Below, piece after piece: positions 52,238-61,207 of a stretch of DNA of 64,000 nt (positions are counted from its first letter, which is position 1; each line of letters starts with the position of its first letter). Location of the stretch: the NCBI GenBank assembly GCA_965261395.1, contig OZ253462.1, positions 4,128,001 to 4,192,000 on the forward strand, in the 5' to 3' direction. This DNA comes from Candidatus Latescibacterota bacterium. GTDB lineage: Bacteria > Latescibacterota > UBA2968 > UBA8231. Under the pieces are notes generated by a model, which saw only the letters and a list, made by a program, of their open reading frames with translations, was not told the origin of the DNA and ran no database searches. The position numbers and the translations under genes were made by a program.

Positions 52238-53509
52238 ATGTACACCGCAGGCGAACTCACCCGGGTCCAACTCGCAGCCGGCGTTTATTTGCACTTGCAT
52301 AGCATTAAGTTGTACAAGACGATCCGGGTGGACGTATGTATGAGCACACCCCTGTGTGCGCCGCGACATTCGCTCGTGGCCCTGAGCAGCCACCTGTTGG
52401 CACGGGGTACGCACAAGCTGCCCAATATCCAGAGCCTCAACCGCTTTATCGACGATCTCTACGGAGCGCATTACTCGGTTCAAGTCGATCGCTTAGGCGA
52501 GCATCAGTTCATCCACTTGTCTCTAGAGCTCATAGACGACAACTTCCTCGGGGAGAAAGGAATATTGGTACGTGGTTTGTCTTTCCTCCGCGACGTCCTC
52601 TGCGATGGCAGTGGATTTCAGCGCGAGTATCTAGAGCGAGAAAAACACCGCCTCGCGCGGCAAATCGCCGATGGCTTCAACGACAAGCTGGGCTACGCAC
52701 AAAGGCGGTGCAGCGAAGAGATGTGCCGGGGCGAACCCATGGGCCTGTCGCCGCTGGGCAACCCCGCAGACTTTGCCGCCGTGCGGGCCGACGAGCTGTG
52801 GAATTTCCATCGCGAGCGGACGGCTACTGACCGCCTAGACCTCTTCGTAAGCGGCGATTTGCACTTGGAGCAGATTCGGCCCTTGATGGAGTCGCTCTTT
52901 GTTTGGGAGCGTGCCGCGAGCCAGCCCCAGCCCCAGCCGCCGCGCCCGCGCATTGCTGGGCCGCCGCGCGAGATTTTTGAATGCCAAGAGGTGCGAGAGG
53001 CGAAAATGGTGTTGGGTTATCGCACCCAAGTCGCTTATGGCGCGAACGGCATAGATGACTATCCGGCTTTGGTACTCCTAAACCTGATGCTCGGCGGCGA
53101 TGGCCCATCGCGGCTGTTTAAGCACCTCCGCGAAGAGGAGGGCTTGTGCTACTACATCGCATCGCATATCGAGCCATTGAGCGGGTTGCTCTTCGTGGCC
53201 GCGGGTATTGAGGCCGCCGCGTACCCCGAGGTTCGGGATAGGGTAGAACAGCAGTTCCAAGCGCTGCGCGCCGGGGCTTTTGAACCCCGGGAAATCGGAG
53301 CAGCCCAGCGCTTGCTCAGGGCGCGGCTGTTGGGGCTGGCCGAAGATCGCGAGGGCTTTTTTCGCTATCAATTGCGGGAAGGGCTGATAGGAGGCGACCA
53401 GTCTCCGGAAGCGCTGTGGCAGCGCATCGAGCAAGTCGGCGTCGAGGAACTAACTCATGTGGCCGGTGGTATCGCCGCGGACACGGCTTTTCTATTGCAC
53501 GGGACGTGA
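52238..53509 (+). CDS. M16 family peptidase, non-catalytic subunit (YmfF-like)
   Basis: No HxxEH; DLYGA and SRLFKHLREEEGLCY motifs. Confidence 0.8.
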   Translation: MYTAGELTRVQLAAGVYLHLHSIKLYKTIRVDVCMSTPLCAPRHSLVALSSHLLARGTHKLPNIQSLNRFIDDLYGAHYSVQVDRLGEHQFIHLSLELIDDNFLGEKGILVRGLSFLRDVLCDGSGFQREYLEREKHRLARQIADGFNDKLGYAQRRCSEEMCRGEPMGLSPLGNPADFAAVRADELWNFHRERTATDRLDLFVSGDLHLEQIRPLMESLFVWERAASQPQPQPPRPRIAGPPREIFECQEVREAKMVLGYRTQVAYGANGIDDYPALVLLNLMLGGDGPSRLFKHLREEEGLCYYIASHIEPLSGLLFVAAGIEAAAYPEVRDRVEQQFQALRAGAFEPREIGAAQRLLRARLLGLAEDREGFFRYQLREGLIGGDQSPEALWQRIEQVGVEELTHVAGGIAADTAFLLHGT

Positions 53510-53513
53510 GAAC

Positions 53514-54800
53514 GTGATCGCGGATGCGCTATTGGGGGAAGCCGTGTACCGAAGCTGCTTAGGAGGCGGCCTCGATGTATGGGCGGTGCCGCGGTCAGGC
53601 AGTCGGCAAAAAGCGGCCGTGTTGTACATAGACTACGGTTCGGTCGATCTACATGTACGCGCCCGCGACTCCGGGCAAGTACAGACCACACCCGCTGGAA
53701 CCGCGCACTTTCTCGAACACCGCCTTTTTGCCAAACCCTACGGCGACATTACCGAGCAAATCAACCGCCTCGGTGGCGATGTAAACGCCAGCACCAGTTT
53801 TACTTCAACCGTCTTTTCCCTGACGTGCATTGAGCATTTTGCCGCCCACCTAGGTTTGCTCTTCGAACTTGCGTTGGACTTGCACGTCCTGCCGGCTGGC
53901 GTCGCTCAGGAGCGCGAAATCATCGACCACGAGCTACAGATAAGCTGCGACGACCCGGAATGGGTCGGGTTTTTGCGCGGCCTCGAGGGATTGTACCAGG
54001 ATGCCCCCTTGGCGTGGGACATGGCCGGCACGCAGGAGAGCATCGGGCAGATCGACGCGGCCACGCTAACCTGTTGTCACGAGGTCTTTTACCGGCCTGA
54101 ATATATGGGGCTGTATTTGTGCGGGGATTTCGACGTCGAGGCCACTTGCGCGGCCGTCGAATCCACCTTGCTAAAGTACAACCGTCCGCGCTCCGCATGG
54201 GACCGAGTGAAGCGTCCAGTGGTGTTGCCGGCTCCGCAGCCGCTCGGGGCCTTGGCGCTGCCGGTCAGCCGGCCCTATACCTTGCTGTTTTTCGGCGACG
54301 ACAAGACGGGTCGGTCGGGCCGCGACTTGCTTTTGCGGGAATTGGCCTTGGAGCTGGCCTTGGACATTGCCTTGGGGCCGGCAAGCGACTTTTTTGCCGC
54401 GCATTACGAAGATGGTCTGATTGACGGCGACGCCTTTGGGGCCGAGGTCTATGCTGAGCCAACGTTCTGCTTTTGCACGGTGGGCGGATACACCCAGCAG
54501 AGCGAGCGATTGTGCGAGGAGATAGGTGCCGCATTGGTCGGCCTCGACGAATGCGTTGTGGCCGCGGATTTGGGCCGCGCCAAGCGCAAAGCCTACGGCC
54601 TGCTGCTACGCGCGTGGGAGCAAGCCGAGGACGTGGCCGATATGCTCTGCTCCGCCGCGGCTAGCGGGGCTGCGCCCAGCGTCTATTTTGACGTACACGA
54701 GCAGATCGCGGTCGGCGACATCCTCGAAGTGCTGGAGAGCTGCCTGTCGCCAGCGCATCTGAGCGCGATGCAGATTGTGCCCACGGGACGCGCGGAGTAA
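53514..54800 (+). CDS. M16 family zinc peptidase (YmfH-like)
   Basis: YGSVD, PAGTAHFLEHRLF, NAST and EREII..E motifs. Confidence 0.88.
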   Translation: MIADALLGEAVYRSCLGGGLDVWAVPRSGSRQKAAVLYIDYGSVDLHVRARDSGQVQTTPAGTAHFLEHRLFAKPYGDITEQINRLGGDVNASTSFTSTVFSLTCIEHFAAHLGLLFELALDLHVLPAGVAQEREIIDHELQISCDDPEWVGFLRGLEGLYQDAPLAWDMAGTQESIGQIDAATLTCCHEVFYRPEYMGLYLCGDFDVEATCAAVESTLLKYNRPRSAWDRVKRPVVLPAPQPLGALALPVSRPYTLLFFGDDKTGRSGRDLLLRELALELALDIALGPASDFFAAHYEDGLIDGDAFGAEVYAEPTFCFCTVGGYTQQSERLCEEIGAALVGLDECVVAADLGRAKRKAYGLLLRAWEQAEDVADMLCSAAASGAAPSVYFDVHEQIAVGDILEVLESCLSPAHLSAMQIVPTGRAE

Positions 54801-55777
54801 TGGCCGACAAGATCTATCGCTATTGGATCGCGGTGCCGAGCGGGTTGGAGGCGGTGGCACTCGACGAATTGTACGATCACGCGCCCGAGGTACAACAGGT
54901 CGAAGTCGAACCGGGCGGGCGCGTAGGCCAGATTTTCTTCACGTACAAGCGCAGCCCGGGGCGGCTGCTACAGCTACGCTCGGCCGTGCAGTGCGCCGGT
55001 TTAATCAGCCAGATGCACGGCGTTACGGTAGGTCGCCCGGGCCTTGAATACATATGCAAACGCATCGCCCGTTGCGATCTGACGCCGGTCAAAAGCCTCG
55101 CGCAGGCCCAGTCCGCTGAGATTGACACCCATGCTTTTGCCCTGAGCGCGACGCTGCGGGGCCGATATCGGTTCAGCACGGCCGAGCTGATCGCGGCCGT
55201 GACCGCGGTTTTGCGCGACAAGCACGGGTTGCGTCCAGGTAAAGGGCCGCATCTGTTGCGATTTCACTTACAGCTAACCGGGCGACGTGCCCTGTTGGGG
55301 CTGCGGCTGGGAACGGGACTAGCACCGAATGCGGCCGTGGCGTATTGCCTGGCCCGCTTGGTGGCCATGCAGCCGGGGGCGTGCGTCCTGTGGGCGCGCC
55401 GCGATCTTGGCGGGTTGGCCGCGCTACAAGAGGCGTTTGCACCGCGCCTGCTAGCAGGTATTCGAGCGCACCTAATCGCTGCACTGGATCATCTACCTCT
55501 CGTGGGTGCGCGTCTCGATTACGCGTTCAGCGTGGCCGGAGAAAACCCTGCCGCTGAGTTGGCCGAATTGGCGCGAGTGTTGCGAGCAGGTGGAATCGCC
55601 GTAGTCCAAGTTGCCGATTTCGACCACTTTATCGCTCTTTTGGAAGCCGGAGACTATCCTCTGGAAGTCTTGGCCGACTTGGAGATACACGAGCGAGGGC
55701 GGACGTACCGGCTGGTCGTTCTTGAACGTTTGGAAGAAGAAGAGGCTGGGCTCTTACAGGTGGAGCGGTGGAGTTAG
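54800..55777 (+). CDS. THUMP-like / degenerate RNA methyltransferase-like protein
   Basis: N-terminal PSGLEAVALDEL; C-terminal LPL...ELARVLRAGG; canonical SAM motif not evident. Confidence 0.5.
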   Translation: MADKIYRYWIAVPSGLEAVALDELYDHAPEVQQVEVEPGGRVGQIFFTYKRSPGRLLQLRSAVQCAGLISQMHGVTVGRPGLEYICKRIARCDLTPVKSLAQAQSAEIDTHAFALSATLRGRYRFSTAELIAAVTAVLRDKHGLRPGKGPHLLRFHLQLTGRRALLGLRLGTGLAPNAAVAYCLARLVAMQPGACVLWARRDLGGLAALQEAFAPRLLAGIRAHLIAALDHLPLVGARLDYAFSVAGENPAAELAELARVLRAGGIAVVQVADFDHFIALLEAGDYPLEVLADLEIHERGRTYRLVVLERLEEEEAGLLQVERWS

Positions 55778-56013
55778 GGAAGCCAGCTATTAGACAGGAT
55801 GTATATGGAGCGTCCTTTTCGTCTTCGTTTGCGGCGAGTTCAGCGGCTTGTCGGCTCGGATAATCACGGTAGCTAGGGTCTATTCGGCAAAATAGCCTTG
55901 ATCCGATGAAGAATGTGGTAGGGACTCGCCATTATTGCGCATCGGTCGAGTTGGTCGGATATTCATTTAACTGAATATGCTTTTTTCAAGTTAACAGCTT
56001 CTGAGATGGACTC

Positions 56014-57303
56014 ATGTCAGTATCTAAATCCGCAACAGCCTTCGCCCAAGCACAGCAGGTCATTCCCGGGGGCGTAAACAGCCCTGCCCGGGCTTTCGGC
56101 GCGGTGGGCGGTGGTCCTCGCTTTATCGACCGAGGGGCTGGTTCGCGGTTGTTTGATATCGACGGCCGCGAATACATCGACTACGTGTGCTCTTGGGGGC
56201 CGCTCATTTTCGGCCATGCTCATCCCCGCGTTGTAAAGGCTGTGCAAGAAGCCTGCGCGAAGGGGACCAGTTTCGGTGCCCCGACCGAACTGGAAATCGC
56301 GCTGGCCGAACGTATCGTAGAGATAGTGCCCTCCATCGAAATGGTGCGGATGGTGAGTTCGGGGACCGAGGCCACGATGGCGGCGGTGCGCTTGGCCCGC
56401 GGCCATACCGGCAGGGACAAAATCGCCAAATTCGAAGGCTGCTGGCACGGGCATGGGGACAGCTTCTTGAGCGAGGCCGGGTCTTCGGCCCTGACCTTAG
56501 GAGTCCCCACGAGCCCGGGCGTACCGCAAAGCGTGGTTGATTCGACCTTGACGCTGCCGTATAACGACGCAGACGCCGTGCGCACGGCCGCGCGGGAAAA
56601 CAGCGGCCAGATAGCTGCCATCATCGTCGAGCCGGTGGCTGGCAACATGGGGACCGTGCCCCCGCGTGAGGGGTTTCTCCCCGCGCTGCGCCAAATAGCC
56701 GACGAAGAGGGTGTCGTCCTCATTTTCGACGAGGTTATTACTGGGTTTCGCGTCGGCCCGGGCGGGGCGCAAGAGCGCTATGGCGTGATGCCCGACCTGA
56801 CCTGCTTGGGCAAGATCGTCGGGGGCGGCTTGCCGGCCGCCGCGTACGGCGGCAAGCGGGAGATCATGGAAAACGTGTCGCCGCTGGGCATCAAGGTCTC
56901 GCAGGCCGGCACCTTATCGGGCAATCCCCTCGCTATGGCCGCTGGCTTGGAGCAATTGAACATGCTGTCCGAACCCGGAATTTACGAAACGCTAGAGAGT
57001 CGCTGCGCCGACTTAGCGGCCGGCATGGCTGACAACCTGCAAAAATTGGGCTTGAACTACGCGCTCAACCGGGTCGGTGCCATGCTCTGCATGTTTTTTA
57101 CCTCGTGCCCGGTGGTGGATTTTGCCAGCGTCGGCACGGTCGATCTAACGCGCTTTAAGCGCTACTTCTGGGCTTGCCTAGAGCGGGGTCTCTATCTGGC
57201 TCCTTCCCAATACGAATGCATGTTCCCCTCGCTCGTCCACGGGGAAGGGGATATCGAAGAAACCCTCCGCATTCACTTTGACGCGCTCAAGGCCGTGCAT
57301 TGA
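56014..57303 (+). CDS. hemL: Glutamate-1-semialdehyde 2,1-aminomutase
   Basis: PGGVNSPARAF, SGTEATM, FDEVITGFR, GKIVGGGLP and AGTLSGNP motifs. Confidence 0.96.
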   Translation: MSVSKSATAFAQAQQVIPGGVNSPARAFGAVGGGPRFIDRGAGSRLFDIDGREYIDYVCSWGPLIFGHAHPRVVKAVQEACAKGTSFGAPTELEIALAERIVEIVPSIEMVRMVSSGTEATMAAVRLARGHTGRDKIAKFEGCWHGHGDSFLSEAGSSALTLGVPTSPGVPQSVVDSTLTLPYNDADAVRTAARENSGQIAAIIVEPVAGNMGTVPPREGFLPALRQIADEEGVVLIFDEVITGFRVGPGGAQERYGVMPDLTCLGKIVGGGLPAAAYGGKREIMENVSPLGIKVSQAGTLSGNPLAMAAGLEQLNMLSEPGIYETLESRCADLAAGMADNLQKLGLNYALNRVGAMLCMFFTSCPVVDFASVGTVDLTRFKRYFWACLERGLYLAPSQYECMFPSLVHGEGDIEETLRIHFDALKAVH

Positions 57304-57308
57304 ACGCA

Positions 57309-57776
57309 GTGAATTCCAATAGGCTGTGGATGCTCGCTTGGACAGTCCTCTGGGTCGGGGGATGCTCTGACAGCGATGTCCGCGAAGCCGAACCGGCCCC
57401 CGAACCCGCTGGCCGTCGCGAAATAGTCATCTTGACGCCGGCTGATTCTGTGTCCGCCCCGGATGATCCCAGCGGTCCCACGGATGCTAGCGATCCCACT
57501 GACCCCAGTGATGCTAGCGATGCTAGCCCAGTATTTTTTGATCCCGACGGCCAATTCACCATTCAAGTCGGCGTCTATCGAGATGCGAAACGCGCCGAGC
57601 AGAAGGTGCGTGGATTGAAGGACGAGGGCTATCCGGCTTATAGCGTGCAGAGCGATGCTGGCATGCGGGTGCGGATCGGCTATTTCACCAATCGCGCCGA
57701 CGCCGACCGCTTCGGTCGAATTTTTGCCAAGGATCGCGGAGTCGAGTATTGGATAGCCCGGCGCGCCAATGAATAA
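57309..57776 (+). CDS. SPOR domain lipoprotein
   Basis: GGC lipobox, D/S/P-rich linker, FTIQVG...RVRIGYF. Confidence 0.85.
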   Translation: MNSNRLWMLAWTVLWVGGCSDSDVREAEPAPEPAGRREIVILTPADSVSAPDDPSGPTDASDPTDPSDASDASPVFFDPDGQFTIQVGVYRDAKRAEQKVRGLKDEGYPAYSVQSDAGMRVRIGYFTNRADADRFGRIFAKDRGVEYWIARRANE

Positions 57777-58179
57777 GACTCGCGTATTGTGCTGCGGCAC
57801 TTTTGATTACCTACACCCAGGGCACCGCTCCTTTATCGCGCAGGCGGCTGCGCTGGGCGATGAACTGTTCGTCGTGGTCGCTCGCGACGAGAACGTCCGG
57901 CGCATCAAGGGGCATTATCCCGATCAATCCCAAGAAGAGCGCAAAGCCGCGCTGGCGAAGCTGCCCGAAGTCACCGAGGTCCGCCTCGGCCACGAGGGGT
58001 GCAACTTTTTGCGCATCGTCGGCGAGGTCGCGCCCCACGTTATTGCCCTCGGCTACGACCAAAGGAGGCCAGCGGGTTTGGCCGAAGCCTTCCCCCAATG
58101 TGAAATCGTCGTGCTCCAACCCCATTGCCCCGAGCAGTTTAAGTCGTCCATCTTCCGGCGTCGGGAAGGCCGCACTTGA
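57769..58179 (+). CDS. Cytidylyltransferase-fold protein, archaeal FAD synthase (RibL)-like
   Basis: GTFDYLHPGH, VVVARD, ALGYDQ and KSS motifs. Confidence 0.78.
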   Translation: MNKTRVLCCGTFDYLHPGHRSFIAQAAALGDELFVVVARDENVRRIKGHYPDQSQEERKAALAKLPEVTEVRLGHEGCNFLRIVGEVAPHVIALGYDQRRPAGLAEAFPQCEIVVLQPHCPEQFKSSIFRRREGRT

Positions 58180-58727
58180 GTCCCTTGCCCCAGCTCATCC
58201 TCTGGTATGGGCGCGAGGCGGCCCCGGCCTTGCCGGAGATGGCCGGCTATCGGTTGCGGACGTACCAGCCGGACGACGAGGAGGGTTGGTTGGCCCTATT
58301 GCAGGCCAACGGCGAATTAGGCCGTTGGGACCGGCAGCGGCTAGAAGACGTACTGGAAGGAACCCGGGTCCAGCTCTTTGTCGAGTGCGAAGGGCAAATC
58401 GTCGCCTGTACGGGTTGCAACGACCGCACTCGCGAGCTGCGGCCGTGCTGGGAAATGGGTTGGGTTGCGGTCCACCCGGCCTTTCAGGGGCGCGGCCTAG
58501 GCAAATTCATCGTCGGGGCGGCCGTGGCCCAAGCCAAGGCGCTAGGTCCTCGGCCCATATACCTGCTGACCGACGACTTCCGCATCCCGGCCCTGCGCTG
58601 CTATCTCAAGTTGGGCTTCGCGCCCAATAACAGTCATCCATCCTACCCGCGCCGGTGGGCCGACATCTTTGCCCGTTTGGGGGCGGATTATCAGGCCCTA
58701 AAACCCGAGTTCGTCGCCTCAGCCTAG
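58176..58727 (+). CDS. GNAT family N-acetyltransferase
   Basis: VAVHPAFQGRGLG and YLKLGF motifs. Confidence 0.9.
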   Translation: MSPLPQLILWYGREAAPALPEMAGYRLRTYQPDDEEGWLALLQANGELGRWDRQRLEDVLEGTRVQLFVECEGQIVACTGCNDRTRELRPCWEMGWVAVHPAFQGRGLGKFIVGAAVAQAKALGPRPIYLLTDDFRIPALRCYLKLGFAPNNSHPSYPRRWADIFARLGADYQALKPEFVASA

Positions 58728-58820
58728 TGGAGTTTTTCTTCCCTGTAGTCTATCTTGTCGGTAGTAGGTCCCCTACCTGCCTAGGCCAACGTTGACGGCC
58801 CCTATTACGTTGGCCGGACT

Positions 58821-60410
58821 GTGGAGCAACCCATGATACAGATGGACCCCAGAGCGGGACGGACGGCTAGGCGCAAACTGCCCATCGGCATTCAGACCTT
58901 TCGCGAGATCCGCGAGGAACACTGCTACTACGTCGATAAGACCGCCTACATCGGGCGGTTGGTCGCCGAGGGCAAGCACTACTTCCTGTCGCGGCCTCGC
59001 CGCTTTGGCAAGAGCCTGTTTCTCGATACCCTGAAGGAGTTGTTCGAGGGCAACGAGCCGCTGTTTGAGGGGCTGGCCATCCACGATCAGTGGGACTGGT
59101 CGGTTGTCCATCCGGTGCTGCGGCTCGACTTTAGCAGCGGCAATTTCAAGGAGCCGGGCGATCTACACAAGGACGTGATGGAGCAGTTGGACGCCATAGA
59201 GAGCGAGGTTTCGGTCCGGTCCAGCTACGACACGGCCCGGGGGCGTTTCCGGCATTTGATTCAGATGCTGCATCAACAGATCGGCCAGCGAGTAGTGGTG
59301 CTGATTGACGAGTACGACAAGCCGATTCTCGACGCGCTGGAGGTGCCGGAGGTAGCCCGGGCCAACCGCGATTACCTGCGCGGACTGTATTCGACCATCA
59401 AGTTTGGCGACGCGCACCTCAAGTTCAGCTTTCTCACCGGCGTGAGCAAGTTTTCCAAAGTCAGCCTGTTCTCCGGCCTCAACAACCTCAAGGACATTAC
59501 CTTGGACCCGCGCTACTCGGCCGTCTGCGGCTATACCGAGGCGGACTTAGACGCGGTGTTCGCCCCGGAACTGTCTGGCTTGGATCGAGAGGAAATTCGG
59601 CGCTGGTACAACGGCTACAACTGGCTGGGCGAGGAACAGGTGTACAACCCCTTCGACGTCCTCCTGCTGTTCGACCGCCGCCAGTTCGGAGCCTACTGGT
59701 TCGAGACGGGTACGCCGACGTTTCTGCTCGAGACATTGCTGGCGCGTGGGATCAGTGCCCTCGCCTTGGACGACATGCTCGGCAGCGAGGAGTTGCTGTC
59801 GGCGTTTGACGTGGATCACATTGCGACCGAGGCGCTGCTGTTCCAGACTGGCTACCTAACCATTCGCCGCACCGAGCCGCGCGGCGGGCGGATGTATTAT
59901 CGGCTGGGCTACCCTAACCGGGAGGTGCAGCAAAGCCTGAACGAGAGCCTGCTAAACCACCTGACGGGCAATCCTGTGCGTCAGGCCGAGCACAGCGCCC
60001 GGCTGTATGATCTGCTGCTGGGCAACGACTTCGACGGCTTGAAAACGCTGTTCGAGTCGTTCTTTGCCAGCATTCCGTATCAGTGGCATACCAACAACGA
60101 AATTGCGAACTACGAGGGCTACTATGCCAGCGTGTTCTATTCCTACTTTGCGTCGCTGGGGCTGGCGATCACAGTGGAGGACAGCAGCCAAGCGGGTCGC
60201 TTAGACATGGCAGTGGAGTTCAATGGGAACGTGTATCTGTTCGAGTTCAAGGTGGTGGAACGGGCATCGGCCGGGGCGGCGCTGCGGCAGTTACACGAGC
60301 GGGACTACGCGGCCAAGTATCGCGGTCTCGGTGAAGCGATTTTCCTAATTGGGGTGGAGTTTAGCCGAGAGACGCGCAACGTGGCCGCCTTTGAGGTGGA
60401 ACGGGCGTGA
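58821..60410 (+). CDS. AAA-ATPase-like protein with C-terminal PD-(D/E)XK nuclease domain
   Basis: LPIGIQTF, SRPRRFGKS, LIDEYDKP, WYNGY and GRLD...FEFK motifs. Confidence 0.92.
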   Translation: MEQPMIQMDPRAGRTARRKLPIGIQTFREIREEHCYYVDKTAYIGRLVAEGKHYFLSRPRRFGKSLFLDTLKELFEGNEPLFEGLAIHDQWDWSVVHPVLRLDFSSGNFKEPGDLHKDVMEQLDAIESEVSVRSSYDTARGRFRHLIQMLHQQIGQRVVVLIDEYDKPILDALEVPEVARANRDYLRGLYSTIKFGDAHLKFSFLTGVSKFSKVSLFSGLNNLKDITLDPRYSAVCGYTEADLDAVFAPELSGLDREEIRRWYNGYNWLGEEQVYNPFDVLLLFDRRQFGAYWFETGTPTFLLETLLARGISALALDDMLGSEELLSAFDVDHIATEALLFQTGYLTIRRTEPRGGRMYYRLGYPNREVQQSLNESLLNHLTGNPVRQAEHSARLYDLLLGNDFDGLKTLFESFFASIPYQWHTNNEIANYEGYYASVFYSYFASLGLAITVEDSSQAGRLDMAVEFNGNVYLFEFKVVERASAGAALRQLHERDYAAKYRGLGEAIFLIGVEFSRETRNVAAFEVERA

Positions 60411-60425
60411 ATCTCTGACTTCTCA

Positions 60426-60773
60426 TTATCCGCCTAATTCTTCCATCACCGCTTTTGTTATCCGCTTAGCCAGTCTGATCTCTTCCAACTTTTTCGTCGA
60501 TAGATATAGGCAAAATTCTCGCAGTTCTCGGCCTTTTTCCGGTTGCATTTCTTCTTCATATCCTATCAAGTCCACTAACTGCGTCCGCAACGCTTTTGAA
60601 ATTTTGTAGAGCGTTTCTAAGCTCGGCGTTGCTCTCCGACCCTCGATCTTCCTGATTCCGTCCACGCTAAGTCCTGCCTGTTCGGCTAGCTTTTCTTGGG
60701 TTATCCCTGTCTGGCGGCGCAACTGCTGCACCCTATAGCAGACCTCATTCCTGACATTCATACCAGTATCCAT
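60426..60773 (-). CDS. XRE family helix-turn-helix regulator
   Basis: LRRQTGITQEKLAEQAGLS...IEG...PSLETLYKISKAL. Confidence 0.9.
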   Translation of the reverse strand: MDTGMNVRNEVCYRVQQLRRQTGITQEKLAEQAGLSVDGIRKIEGRRATPSLETLYKISKALRTQLVDLIGYEEEMQPEKGRELREFCLYLSTKKLEEIRLAKRITKAVMEELGG

Positions 60774-61207
60774 ATCGGGTACATTTTCTCTTAAGTAACC
60801 TACTTTTTCTTAAACTGTTGTATTTATTGGAATAATAACAGGTATCATAAGGCATGTTATGAAATTTACTTATTGACTTCTATACATGTTTTTCTTTATT
60901 TATTGCCTCAATAGGCATTTTTCGTGGGTCAGATGCTTTGAACGTCAGATGCTTTGAACTGCGTGAGAAACTGCAACCCTATTCTATTATCAAGTATCAA
61001 GACGCCTCTTGGAAAGGAGGGTTTATAGTTGAACAGCATTAGTCAATTCGCAGTCCACTAATTCTGGCCTTTAGGGTCGGAGTCATTTCGTACAGAATAC
61101 CATTGCTTTCGTCGCCTGTTTCAGTAATTGGCTGAAATGGACAATCACACACCGCCAAAGGGTTCATTTGAAATCCCTTTATTGGCATAGTTAGAGGAGG
61201 CCTATTT

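Noticed and set aside
57455-57530. 9-bp-period repeats in the SPOR gene
   Set aside because: Ordinary low-complexity D/S/P linker of a lipoprotein
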